From NCBI GenBank assembly GCA_023444045.1, contig JAEZRQ010000006.1:29533-93532 (forward strand): a DNA stretch of 64,000 nt, read 5' to 3'. The DNA is from Candidatus Parcubacteria bacterium. Its GTDB lineage: Bacteria; Patescibacteriota; Patescibacteriia; Patescibacteriales; UBA12465. Below the pieces are notes generated by a model. The model was not told where the DNA came from, ran no database searches, and worked only from the letters and a program-made list of their open reading frames with translations. Shown piece by piece: positions 29,001 through 37,900 of this stretch (position 1 is its first letter; every line of letters begins with the position of its first letter). A program made the position numbers and the translations under genes.

Positions 29001-32000
29001 GTCCCTAATTCTGTCTATGAAACTAAATTTGATACAACCATAGGTTCTGTTAACGTGGAAGATTTTAGTAGTTGTATTGAAATGGCTACTTTCTATAACG
29101 GTTGCCAGACCGGACAATTCTGTCCTAATTCTCCAGGTAAGTGTTCCCCCTTTAATCCAATTGGCGTTATGGAAGTTGTAAGTGCTTGTGGAGCTAATGG
29201 CTTAGAGTGTGGTAGTATTAAATCTTGTGAGTTAGATGATAAAACCACGCCACGTATTATGTACTGGGCGGGCAAGGTTAATCAGCACTGGGATTTAGCT
29301 AGTGGTAGTTTTGTGACTGATCCTGACGGCTCTTCTGGCGCTGGTTTAAATAAACTGTCATATTGTCAGAAGTTTTATCCAGAGACAGAAAGTGTGGTCG
29401 CTTATAAAAAAGAGACCAGTAATACTTGGAAAAATGCGGGTAATTTAGATAATTTTACTGGCACCGCCCTTTCTTATCGTTGTGTCTTAAAAGGCGAAAC
29501 CGTGTGTTCTTATGACAAGAATAATGATAATTGTCAGATTAAAGATTCTCTACTGCAAAATAAAACTTGTCTTTTAGAAAAGGAATTAGAATACTCCTTA
29601 GCGGGGCAAAACTATAAAGGCAGTCTAAGTTGTCGCTCTTATCAAGATAAAGTTAGTGGTCAAAGTTATTTTGCTAAACACCTCAAGGTTTCCACTTCTT
29701 GTCCTCAAGGCTGGTTAAATGTTGGTGGTGGTTACTGTATTGATGCTGCCTTAACTAAATGTGACCCTTGTGCTGATGGTTTCAAGTGTGTGGATAATAA
29801 TAATGATGATTTTGGAATTTGTGAGTCTGATAAAATTTGCCCCGCCTCTTCTTATTGTGGTATTAATCCTAATGATTCCAAGCAGCTAGCTTGTTTAAAG
29901 GATCAGGATAAGAGTTGTGATTGTTGTTGTGAAATTGGTCAAGATACCAGAGATTGTTGCGCTCCGCTTACATGTGCTGGTACTTGTGGTAGTGACACTA
30001 CTAATGATGGCAAGGGTTATGGTAGTTGTTCTGGTTGCGCTGATGTTCCTGGTGATCAAAAAATAAAAGATGCCGCCTGCAATTGTAGTACTACTAGCGG
30101 TAAGTTCTGTGATATCACTAAACCTGGTGGTATCTGTGTTGATTGTGCAGCGCTTGATGAAGCCTCTTGTTCACTTCATGCTACTCAATGCTGCTTTGAT
30201 CAAATGAAAGGTATTTGTCAGGGAGGTGACGGAACACAATTACCTGGTGGTAAATGCGCTTATTATGATTGCGATGCTGAAAATCAAACTTGTAACCAAA
30301 ATCCTTTAGCCACAGGACGATTCACTTCGCCCGATGTTTGTGAAACCTCTTGTAAAGATAATCCAACAACAGTTTGCGATTTACCAGCAAGTCAAAATCC
30401 TCAGAGCTGTTCGGCTTTAGATAACTGCTGTTTTGATGATAAAAATAAAAAATGTCTTTCCGGTCTAGACGCTATTAATGTTTCTGGCGTTAAATATTGT
30501 GCTTATTATGATTGTGATTTTAGCCAGTTAGACGGTGCCTCGCTTTATAAGTGTAGCGCTGCTAAAATTTCGGGAAATTATTTGAGCCTGGCTAATTGTC
30601 AAGATGCTTGTGGTAATACTAATACTAATTTACCAGGTTCAAGCTGTCAGTCTGACACAGCTGATGTTTGTGATGTCAGTGCTTGTTCGGGAGATTACTC
30701 TTGTTTAAGTGAATCCGGAAATCCTCCTTCCACATCAGGCTGTGGTACTTGCTGCTGTGACCCTAAAAATGAGAACTCTTGTTCTGGTACAGATAATTTG
30801 ACCTGTACACCTAATGTGGGATCTTGCAGTGGAAATGATCGCGGTTTGTGTTGTGGATGTACTTCCGATAGTCAATGTGGTATTGCCTCAGCTGGTTGTG
30901 GGACAGATACTTGTTGTCATGGCAGACCACAAATAGTAAAAACTTCACCAGTAAATGGTCAAGAAAAGGTGTGCCGCAATAGCCAAATTGTTATTAATTT
31001 CAACGAAGAAATGGACGCTACTAGCTTGGGTAATAATATTCTTCTAATTGAAGAAAAAGAATATGGCAAGGAGCTGTGTAATCTTGGTACAGCAGTTTCT
31101 TTAGAGAATACTAACCCTAATAGAAATTTCTTGGCTACTATTTATAGAAAAATAGCACTGATCTTTAATAGAATATTTAACAAGCAAGCTTATCAAGTCT
31201 TAGCTTCTATGCCTTCAGAAGACAAATTATATTGTATTATTCCCGGTACCGTTGATACTCAAACAGAATATGCTCCTAACGGGGTAACTTCAACAGTTGC
31301 TTATATTAAACCGAACAGTGTCCTTAATGCTAACAACAATTATTTTGTAGTTGTTAAAGGTGATGAAAATATGGATAGTAATTCTGGAATTATGAGTCTG
31401 CAAAAAATTGGTTTTGATGGTTCTGCTGCTAAACCGCTAGGAGACACAACTCTTCTTACTGGGGCAGAATTTAACAAAGTTTCCTTTAAAAATTCTTATG
31501 TCTTTAGTTTTAAGACTATGGACGATAATAGTGGTAAGGATGGTTTATGTACAATTGATAAAGTTGAGGTTAAGCCCAGCTCTTTCTTAATTAAAACAGA
31601 TGAAAATAATCCTTCAGATGATAATCCTTCAGATAATAACTTTGATAAAATAAATGATAATGACAGGTTGCTGACAGCTATGGCATATAGCGCTGATAAC
31701 CAACTTATTCAGCCAGTCACGGGGTACTATTGGACTTTTAATTGGAGCATTGATGATACTTCAGTGGCTCAAAAAATTGACAAATCGGGCTTAAAAAATA
31801 ATCAGTTGTTAGTAAGATCGGTCACTGGAGTAACTGATAAGAGTACCAAAATTTCTGCCAAAGTTAATATGAACAATTTCAAAACATCAAGCGGTTGTTC
31901 TGTAAATTGTGTTTGCAATGATAATAATTGTGATAACAGATGCTGTAACGCTAATTTTGAGGGGGAAAATGCTACTAGTGAATCAACTCTTTATGTTTTC

Positions 32001-33221
32001 TTATGCGCTAATCCTTGGCCGGCAGAAAAGAATGGTATTTGGAGTCCTTGGTATGATACCGGGGAATGTCGTGATGCTAATCAGAATATTATTCCTTGTG
32101 CTAACTATAATTATAAGTTCTACTATTGTCGTGATGCCGGAGAACCTGGTACTTTTGATGATTTACCAGTTGTTTCTGACCCGGCCTTGATTCTTGGTCC
32201 TTCAAGTAATTTAATCTGTAGCACAGATGGTCTTCCTTGCAGTACACAAGGGGCAGTTTGCGGTAACAATGGAACCTGTGTCTGGAGCGTGTTAAAAGAA
32301 TCATACTTCTTTAGAGAAGCCGCTCCTCAAGCTGGGCGTATTAACAAAATACTTAGTACTGGTGTTGGCGGAGAGATAGCATTAGGCTGGAATTCACCTA
32401 TTAACACAGAAGCACCAATCAGCTCTTTTAAAGTTTATTATGGGCTTAGCTCTGGTGGTTCAACTTTATTAAAAACATTATCCTTGGCTGAAGCTAATTG
32501 TAAAACGGAGAATAATGAGCTGAATTGTTCTTATATATTAAAGGATTTGGTGAATGGACAAAAATATTATTTTAGAGTTTCATCTTTAACCGAGAAGAAA
32601 ACTGAGAGCCCACTTTCTGGCGGCATGGAGATAATTCCCACTGATACCACTCCACCAGATAGACCAGCAAGATTAAAAATAGTTGGTTCCGGTGATGATT
32701 TATTGGTTACCTGGTATCCTGATACTAAGAATGACACTTTATATTATCGCTTATTTCATGGCATATTCCCTGGAAAAATAATGGATTCGTTTGATTCTCA
32801 AGAAAAGGCTACTAGTTTAACTCTTAAACAGAGTGATTATCGCGCAGGCGATCATTACTTTTCTTTAGCAGCTATTGATTCTTATGGAAATATCAGTGAT
32901 AAGTCTAGTGAAATTAAGGTGACTATTCCTAATACCCCAACCAATGTAACTGTTGCTGATAATAGGTATTATTTAACCGTTTCTTGGAATAAGAATAATA
33001 ATCCAGGAAATACTAAGTATGCAGTTTTTATGAGTAAAGATGGTGGCGGTGAAATACGTGCTAATGATCTTAATCAGGAGCTAATTGATCAATCATCCTT
33101 TAATATTGATTCCAAAAAATATGAAAATGGCACTTATTATATTTCTGTTGAGGCCTATGATCACCAAAATTTTAAGAGTAAAAGATCGGAATCATTTAAA
33201 ATTGATATAAATAAAAATTAA
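26031..33221 (+). CDS. giant secreted surface protein (2396 aa): same N-terminal module as upstream gene, jelly-roll/CBM-like domain, several IPT/TIG-like domains, about 600-aa extremely Cys-rich region, SbsA-Ig-like and FN3-like C-terminal domains
   Basis: N-terminus paralogous to 23317 gene (GGFIWMTSNGSEEKIAQAK; WGITYFVLTKLL). IPT/TIG-like PVITGVSPAGG..., ISSFYPKTGAAGQYVTILGGGFG, CKIDPSRGQVGDKVTLWGEYFG. FN3-like PDRPARLKIVGSGDDLLVTW. Confidence 0.75.
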   Translation: MFKKNIKLYSLISILGVVFLFSAKAVLGVDAGIDTVGSDLSLSDKSPIQIATSIINVIMSILGLLAVAFVLWGGFIWMTSNGSEEKIAQAKKILRNGGIGLVIILSAWGITYFVLTKLLDSVGTGNGGFDGCTSGATSSCGCGGEQTCTNGSWGPCLGSSCQPLIDGPTSCDGKPAVDKCQPDAGLCGDDYFCNENSCLCEPKASLGESCNANSSGTCSADDSLCGPYLKCDPNDCVCVGPPVITGVSPAGGFCVNDQNRGCNTDADCLGGAKCDVITPNGGSNNFLTIYGYNFGTATNLFENILTNIDFEKGAEGALPNDWTASNQKNSKVGISKKEARSGEQSVLIHQDSNIVYPGTCTKSICQNLSSCSWSDANKTCTFLQGDDAHRQAPAVYSEGQSLVWGNTNRTMWAKLTYNLAPLDFQVGDTYSIQFYYKGKNTANVSVGIGYNLGWTSQCIGYSSYGALKPGYSWNGSAVTPTPPEGEDPCAPAYGKTCADQQNTCCVNAPNQTKCYQFLNMTAIPKGNVDDWTLYSYTFQYTPEMDSWLNSAGKKAIEIGMSIGYNSTLTGTDLYIDDFTVTKILNTGQITFLGADQSQQQLANFPKLLNPNCVSYWTDRQITIAVPSGAATGPIQIKREGEFADNIDTTNNEVGPIIPDFIKNDISRPSLCQISPSQGLLGEKVDYQGINLKNGVAYFGEYSNAYRGINSIFTADNLSGQTMAPNIVPGKTTTFIERTAAGINQKSNALMFVKEREAEAGPYISSFYPKTGAAGQYVTILGGGFGNLRGSRQVFFGDKEASYSFPEVCSNSVWSDSQIIVKVPDGLNPGNYQIKVNLGDKTVNTDLLAPNHNFKYDPSQTLKTSLCKIDPSRGQVGDKVTLWGEYFGNQETDALVVFNRGVNITSKITKDGLADKVETIVPVDASKNPPVSAITGPVKVMKNSEWGNELNFTVGKCSSNNECSASSPVCCPGNTYKSGSCAASTMACYFDVPNSVYETKFDTTIGSVNVEDFSSCIEMATFYNGCQTGQFCPNSPGKCSPFNPIGVMEVVSACGANGLECGSIKSCELDDKTTPRIMYWAGKVNQHWDLASGSFVTDPDGSSGAGLNKLSYCQKFYPETESVVAYKKETSNTWKNAGNLDNFTGTALSYRCVLKGETVCSYDKNNDNCQIKDSLLQNKTCLLEKELEYSLAGQNYKGSLSCRSYQDKVSGQSYFAKHLKVSTSCPQGWLNVGGGYCIDAALTKCDPCADGFKCVDNNNDDFGICESDKICPASSYCGINPNDSKQLACLKDQDKSCDCCCEIGQDTRDCCAPLTCAGTCGSDTTNDGKGYGSCSGCADVPGDQKIKDAACNCSTTSGKFCDITKPGGICVDCAALDEASCSLHATQCCFDQMKGICQGGDGTQLPGGKCAYYDCDAENQTCNQNPLATGRFTSPDVCETSCKDNPTTVCDLPASQNPQSCSALDNCCFDDKNKKCLSGLDAINVSGVKYCAYYDCDFSQLDGASLYKCSAAKISGNYLSLANCQDACGNTNTNLPGSSCQSDTADVCDVSACSGDYSCLSESGNPPSTSGCGTCCCDPKNENSCSGTDNLTCTPNVGSCSGNDRGLCCGCTSDSQCGIASAGCGTDTCCHGRPQIVKTSPVNGQEKVCRNSQIVINFNEEMDATSLGNNILLIEEKEYGKELCNLGTAVSLENTNPNRNFLATIYRKIALIFNRIFNKQAYQVLASMPSEDKLYCIIPGTVDTQTEYAPNGVTSTVAYIKPNSVLNANNNYFVVVKGDENMDSNSGIMSLQKIGFDGSAAKPLGDTTLLTGAEFNKVSFKNSYVFSFKTMDDNSGKDGLCTIDKVEVKPSSFLIKTDENNPSDDNPSDNNFDKINDNDRLLTAMAYSADNQLIQPVTGYYWTFNWSIDDTSVAQKIDKSGLKNNQLLVRSVTGVTDKSTKISAKVNMNNFKTSSGCSVNCVCNDNNCDNRCCNANFEGENATSESTLYVFLCANPWPAEKNGIWSPWYDTGECRDANQNIIPCANYNYKFYYCRDAGEPGTFDDLPVVSDPALILGPSSNLICSTDGLPCSTQGAVCGNNGTCVWSVLKESYFFREAAPQAGRINKILSTGVGGEIALGWNSPINTEAPISSFKVYYGLSSGGSTLLKTLSLAEANCKTENNELNCSYILKDLVNGQKYYFRVSSLTEKKTESPLSGGMEIIPTDTTPPDRPARLKIVGSGDDLLVTWYPDTKNDTLYYRLFHGIFPGKIMDSFDSQEKATSLTLKQSDYRAGDHYFSLAAIDSYGNISDKSSEIKVTIPNTPTNVTVADNRYYLTVSWNKNNNPGNTKYAVFMSKDGGGEIRANDLNQELIDQSSFNIDSKKYENGTYYISVEAYDHQNFKSKRSESFKIDINKN

Positions 33222-33238
33222 ATTTTAAATATAAAAAC

Positions 33239-36200
33239 ATGAGGGCTACAAAAATAAAATGGCAGAAATGGGGAATATATCTCTTATTTCTATTCATTAT
33301 TGCAATACTAAGCTTTCAGGCTAGAGCAACGACTCAGTCTGATGCGATTGCTGTTAGAGTTCTACCTAATATTAATCATGACAGTATTGATGTTTGGTAC
33401 AAAAATCAGGGTTATAAAGGCTCTCCTCAAAGCTTAACGGTTGATGGTTATGAGGCGATTAGAGACGGCCGAACAGTTTTTGTCAATGCTGCTAATTTAG
33501 ATACAGTCAATAAAAAGTTATATACCAACGTTTACCTGATTTCCTATAATCAAGATTCGGAAGTCAAAACTCTAGATGTATTAGGGCAATTAATTTCTCA
33601 TTGGAAATTTAACAATAATATTAATACCACCGGTTCTTGTTCAATCTCTAACTTTAATTGTAGTGCTGATACCGATTGTCCCAGTGGTTATATCTGCTCT
33701 AATTCTAATTCCATGGGCTCTGATCATTCATCAGCTTCTAATAAAGGAAAGTGCATTCTAGAAAAAGGAAAAACTTGTTTACTTGATAGTGATTGTCCAG
33801 TGAATTTATTTTGTGATAGCTTAAAAGCGCGTACCATAAGAGATGTTAGAAGATTAGGTGATATGAATCAATTGAAAGAAGCTATTGAAAGGTTTAAAAA
33901 TAATAATAATACTTATCCAACCCTATTAACAGGAACTTATTTAAGCGGCGGGACGCTATCTGTTTGGCCAAGCTGGAAAGATACTTTATCAACTCAACTT
34001 GGATTAAATAAAATTATTTCTGATCCTATTAATTCTTTAGGCTATTGCGAGGGGTATGATCCTAAAACTTGTTGGGATGAAACAAAAAAATCTTTCGTTA
34101 ATTCCGATTTAGTTTTACCTTATGGCAGCTACGCTTTAGCTTACAAGTCCTCACCAAACGGCATCTCTTATAGTTTGTGTTCTACTTTTGAGACTAAAGA
34201 TTTGGGTTATGATACAGCTGGTGGGAGATTTGCCAAAGAGAATTGTTTAGAAAGTATTTTTTATAGCGGCAATGTTTCAAATACGGCTCCTAAAGTAATC
34301 GGGTCATTCACTCAAGGGCAAACAAGTAAGGAGTTTAATGGTTATATTAGAGCCATTGATGCTGAAGGTGATAGTATTTCTTGGAATCTTGGAGTAACTT
34401 CACCTAGTTCTTGGGTAAACAGTGGGTGGCAAGTTGGCCCAAATCTAATCCCTACATTAAGAGACACTGATAACCCTAATCAAAAGCAAATCTATCACCC
34501 CACAACAGGAAGGGCTGGTAAGTACGAGATGTTGTTAACTTTAACAGATAGTCGTGGAGCAGTTAGTACTAGCACAATTATTCTTGATATTAGTGCTGTA
34601 GCTAAGCCAAGGATAGAAGCTGATAATGCTGATTACTTTGTTGATCCAATAAATCCATTAAAATATACTTTTTATTTAGAGGGAGAGAACTCTGTGCCAA
34701 CTTATAATATCACTCCAGCTAACCCTAGTCATGCCTCTGCTAAATTAGCTGATTTTGCTACTATGACTAGCAGTCAAACATCTGTCGGTTTAAATCGGGT
34801 TAGAGTAGATCTTTCTTTTAATGTCCTGACTTCGGTTAATATACCAGAGAATATTTCTATTCCTTTTAAAATAACTGCTACTGCCGCTGGAGTTTCGTCT
34901 ACTAAAGAGGTGACTATTAATTTTAGAATTGAAAAACCGCTGTTAAATTTTGATTGTGATTTACTTGCTCGTAAGGGTAAGAGTTATCCGTTAAATGGTA
35001 ATTGTTTTTTAGGCAGAACTAAGAGTGGTAATTTAAACATTAACTATTCAGTGAGCGGGGTAAATGGAATTTCAGTTCAATATGGTGGGCAAGATTCTTC
35101 TGGTTCAAAAGATGCTTTCTTAAGAGGTTTTATCAGTGATACTGGTACTAAAAATATAACTGTCAGAGCAGAAAATGATTATGGCGCTTTCTCTGAAAAA
35201 ACATTTCCTTTAACAGTTAACACTTTTTGTGGTGATGGTATCTTACAGCGACCAAATAGTGAGGGCAGAGGTGGCCTTTATAATGATGGCATGGAAGAAT
35301 GTGATATTAAAGCTGGGGTTACTGATAAAATTAGTACCTCTTCCGCATTGCAATATGCTTGTAATAGTGGCAGTAATACCCCATTTCCAATAGTTGATAA
35401 TAATAGCTGTATTTTTAAACCGGCTGATAAGGGGGGCGGCTTTTGTGGTGATGGTGTTTGTCAGTTTAAAATTGAGGGTGGGGTAATGATGGAAAATTGT
35501 TGGAATTGTTCACAAGATTGTGGTCAATGTTTAGCAACAATTATCTCTAAGGCTGATGATGAACACGCTACTTATTTAAATAGTGAGCCTCTCTACTCTG
35601 GCACTCAAGGTGCTACTCAAAGAATGCTGGTGCCTGGAAAAAATATTTTTACCTTTGCTGCTTATAATAGTCAAGATAATGACTATGGGGTGGCTTTTAA
35701 AATAAAAATTGGTCCAACTTCAGCTAAGTTAAATGCTGATGGTTTTGACTCTAGTCATGGATTCTTTGATATTGAAAATAGCTTTGCGCAAATTGATTCC
35801 TCCAGCGGTCTTCTAAAATGTGTTGCTTTAAAAGATGAGGAAGCTAAAACAAACTTTCAAAGTGATGGGTCTTATAATTGGACTCAGCTTGGTTATAGTA
35901 AGTTATGGCCAAAAGCAAAAGTTAATACTAAAAAATTATCATTTTTAGGCAGTCCATATATTTGGGCAGCAGATGGTAATGGTAAAAGTGAAAATATTTG
36001 GTGCCGTTTAGTCTTTGATTATAGTAATTATAACACCGAAGTATGCCAACCGGACTGTAGTGGTAAAAAATGTGGCTCAGATGGTTGTGGTGGAGTATGT
36101 GGCACCTGTTCTGATGATAAAGATTGTTCTTCTGATGGAAAGTGTTTGTCAAAATGTGTGCCTAATTGTGTAGGAAAATGTGGCGGTGATGATGGCTGTG

Positions 36201-36637
36201 GAGGAACCTGCAAGAGCTTTTGTATATTGCCGCTTACTTGTGGTGGTAGCGGGATAACTAATGTTTGCGGTTTAGCCTCAGAAAACACTAACAATCAAAC
36301 TTGCACCCCCGATTGTGTGGGTAAGTGTGGCGGACCGGATGGTTGTGGTGGAACTTGTGTAAACACTTGCTGCTCAGGATATGTTTGCTCAAATAGCGTT
36401 AAATGTAATCCCGTTGCTTCAGGGGTTGAGACTGAAAGAACTGGGATGTGTTATTCAAATTCTGATTGTCCGAGTGATTCTTGCTATGATAATTTATGCC
36501 GTTCCGATGGTCTGACTGAGTCAACAAAATGTTGTATTGGTGTTTGTAAGCCAAGCTCTTTGGACACTGGAGGTGTTGGTGGTGGCAGCGGTAACTATCG
36601 TAGTTATTATGAGAACGACTCCCTTGAGAGAAACTAG
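33239..36637 (+). CDS. large secreted Cys-rich protein (1132 aa) with CGDG...EECD repeats and three tandem C-x-PDC-x-GK-CGG-x-DGCGG-x-C repeats
   Basis: Sec signal (FQARA-TTQ). FCGDGILQRP...MEECD and FCGDGVCQF... (myxococcal-type Cys repeat pattern). C-terminal CQPDCSGKKCGSDGCGGVCGTC / CVPNCVGKCGGDDGCGGTC / CTPDCVGKCGGPDGCGGTC. Confidence 0.7.
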   Translation: MRATKIKWQKWGIYLLFLFIIAILSFQARATTQSDAIAVRVLPNINHDSIDVWYKNQGYKGSPQSLTVDGYEAIRDGRTVFVNAANLDTVNKKLYTNVYLISYNQDSEVKTLDVLGQLISHWKFNNNINTTGSCSISNFNCSADTDCPSGYICSNSNSMGSDHSSASNKGKCILEKGKTCLLDSDCPVNLFCDSLKARTIRDVRRLGDMNQLKEAIERFKNNNNTYPTLLTGTYLSGGTLSVWPSWKDTLSTQLGLNKIISDPINSLGYCEGYDPKTCWDETKKSFVNSDLVLPYGSYALAYKSSPNGISYSLCSTFETKDLGYDTAGGRFAKENCLESIFYSGNVSNTAPKVIGSFTQGQTSKEFNGYIRAIDAEGDSISWNLGVTSPSSWVNSGWQVGPNLIPTLRDTDNPNQKQIYHPTTGRAGKYEMLLTLTDSRGAVSTSTIILDISAVAKPRIEADNADYFVDPINPLKYTFYLEGENSVPTYNITPANPSHASAKLADFATMTSSQTSVGLNRVRVDLSFNVLTSVNIPENISIPFKITATAAGVSSTKEVTINFRIEKPLLNFDCDLLARKGKSYPLNGNCFLGRTKSGNLNINYSVSGVNGISVQYGGQDSSGSKDAFLRGFISDTGTKNITVRAENDYGAFSEKTFPLTVNTFCGDGILQRPNSEGRGGLYNDGMEECDIKAGVTDKISTSSALQYACNSGSNTPFPIVDNNSCIFKPADKGGGFCGDGVCQFKIEGGVMMENCWNCSQDCGQCLATIISKADDEHATYLNSEPLYSGTQGATQRMLVPGKNIFTFAAYNSQDNDYGVAFKIKIGPTSAKLNADGFDSSHGFFDIENSFAQIDSSSGLLKCVALKDEEAKTNFQSDGSYNWTQLGYSKLWPKAKVNTKKLSFLGSPYIWAADGNGKSENIWCRLVFDYSNYNTEVCQPDCSGKKCGSDGCGGVCGTCSDDKDCSSDGKCLSKCVPNCVGKCGGDDGCGGTCKSFCILPLTCGGSGITNVCGLASENTNNQTCTPDCVGKCGGPDGCGGTCVNTCCSGYVCSNSVKCNPVASGVETERTGMCYSNSDCPSDSCYDNLCRSDGLTESTKCCIGVCKPSSLDTGGVGGGSGNYRSYYENDSLERN

Positions 36638-36662
36638 GGTTATTTAATTAAATATTATTTCT

Positions 36663-36905
36663 ATGCTACAATTAAGTAAAAATAAAAAAATATTAATTCT
36701 TCTTATAATTTTATTCTTATTAATATTTATTTTTGTTTTATTAATAAAAAAACAGAATAATGGCGTTAACATTCCTGATCAGACAACTTCAGCAACAAGA
36801 GAGATGACGGAAATTGAAAAATCAATGGTGGTCGGTATTGACCCATCACAAGAGGCTGAGGTGTTAAATGAGTCAGATGGTTTATATATTTATCGTATTA
36901 AATAG
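36663..36905 (+). CDS. small single-pass membrane protein
   Basis: 80 aa, N-terminal TM (ILILLIILFLLIFIFVLLI). Confidence 0.4.
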   Translation: MLQLSKNKKILILLIILFLLIFIFVLLIKKQNNGVNIPDQTTSATREMTEIEKSMVVGIDPSQEAEVLNESDGLYIYRIK

Positions 36906-36926
36906 CAAATAATAATAAAAAATTTT

Positions 36927-37700
36927 ATGTTTAATGATCTAGATCAAAACAAAGGAGTTGCTCCACAAACTACGCCAGTTGATGATATTTTTGCTGATAC
37001 TGACAAAAGCAGTGAAGAGAAGAAAATTTCCGGCTATTACAACACATCAGGAGCTGGTCTTTCTCAATCAGAAATAGAGGCTCAAAAAATTGGTTTAGCC
37101 GCTTCTCAGGGGCCAGCAGTTTCTAATAAGGGGAAAACCCTGAAGATTGTTTTGTTGGTTGTTTTAACAATTTTAGTAATTAGTTTAGGGGTGGTGGTAT
37201 ATTTTAAATTTCTTGCTAATCCGGTGACAACTGAGATTGAGGAGCCAATTAACACTAACCAAATTACAACTCAAGCAACATCTCAGCAGCAAACTCCAGA
37301 AGTGATAGAACCGACTGTGCCACTTGAAAATGATATTACTACTACGACTAATGAGTTAACTGCAACATCAACAACCTCTACTCCGGCAGTGGTTGAGGTA
37401 TTAGATACTGACGGCGATGGTTTGTCCGATGAAGAAGAAATGATTTTAGGCACAGACTCTAATTTAAAGGATTCTGACGGTGATGGTCTGTCAGACTTTG
37501 AAGAGATTAAAACCTATAGTACTAATCCAAATAAAGTAGATTCAGATGAGGATGGTCTCTCTGATTATGAAGAGATTATGATTTATAAAACTGACCCAAA
37601 TAATTTAGATACTGATGGTGATAGTTATGGCGATGGTCAGGAAGTTGGTGGTGGTTATAATCCTTTAGGAGAAGGCAAGCTTCTTAGTATTGAAGATTAA
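36927..37700 (+). CDS. membrane-anchored protein with thrombospondin type-3-like Ca-binding repeats
   Basis: Central TM (IVLLVVLTILVISLGVVVYF). Four tandem D-x-D-G-D-G-L-S-D-x-E-E repeats (DTDGDGLSDEEE, DSDGDGLSDFEE, DSDEDGLSDYEE, DTDGDSYGDGQE). Confidence 0.6.
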   Translation: MFNDLDQNKGVAPQTTPVDDIFADTDKSSEEKKISGYYNTSGAGLSQSEIEAQKIGLAASQGPAVSNKGKTLKIVLLVVLTILVISLGVVVYFKFLANPVTTEIEEPINTNQITTQATSQQQTPEVIEPTVPLENDITTTTNELTATSTTSTPAVVEVLDTDGDGLSDEEEMILGTDSNLKDSDGDGLSDFEEIKTYSTNPNKVDSDEDGLSDYEEIMIYKTDPNNLDTDGDSYGDGQEVGGGYNPLGEGKLLSIED

Positions 37701-37702
37701 TT

Positions 37703-37900
37703 ATGGATTATTTAGGTGTAAAAAATAAAGTTAAAGCTGTAAATAATCAACGTCTTTCCAAAGCTGGTTCTAAGATATTTTTGGGGTTGCACGTAATGCC
37801 GCAAAAAAAAGAATCAAAAGATGTTCGTGTTTTTAGTTGGTTAACAGCTATTTTATTAATCTTAACTAGTTTGATTATTTTTTTAATGATTTATGTTTAA
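37703..37900 (+). CDS. small membrane protein
   Basis: 65 aa, C-terminal TM (WLTAILLILTSLIIFLMIYV). Tightly packed between paralogous TSP3 genes. Confidence 0.3.
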   Translation: MDYLGVKNKVKAVNNQRLSKAGSKIFLGLHVMPQKKESKDVRVFSWLTAILLILTSLIIFLMIYV

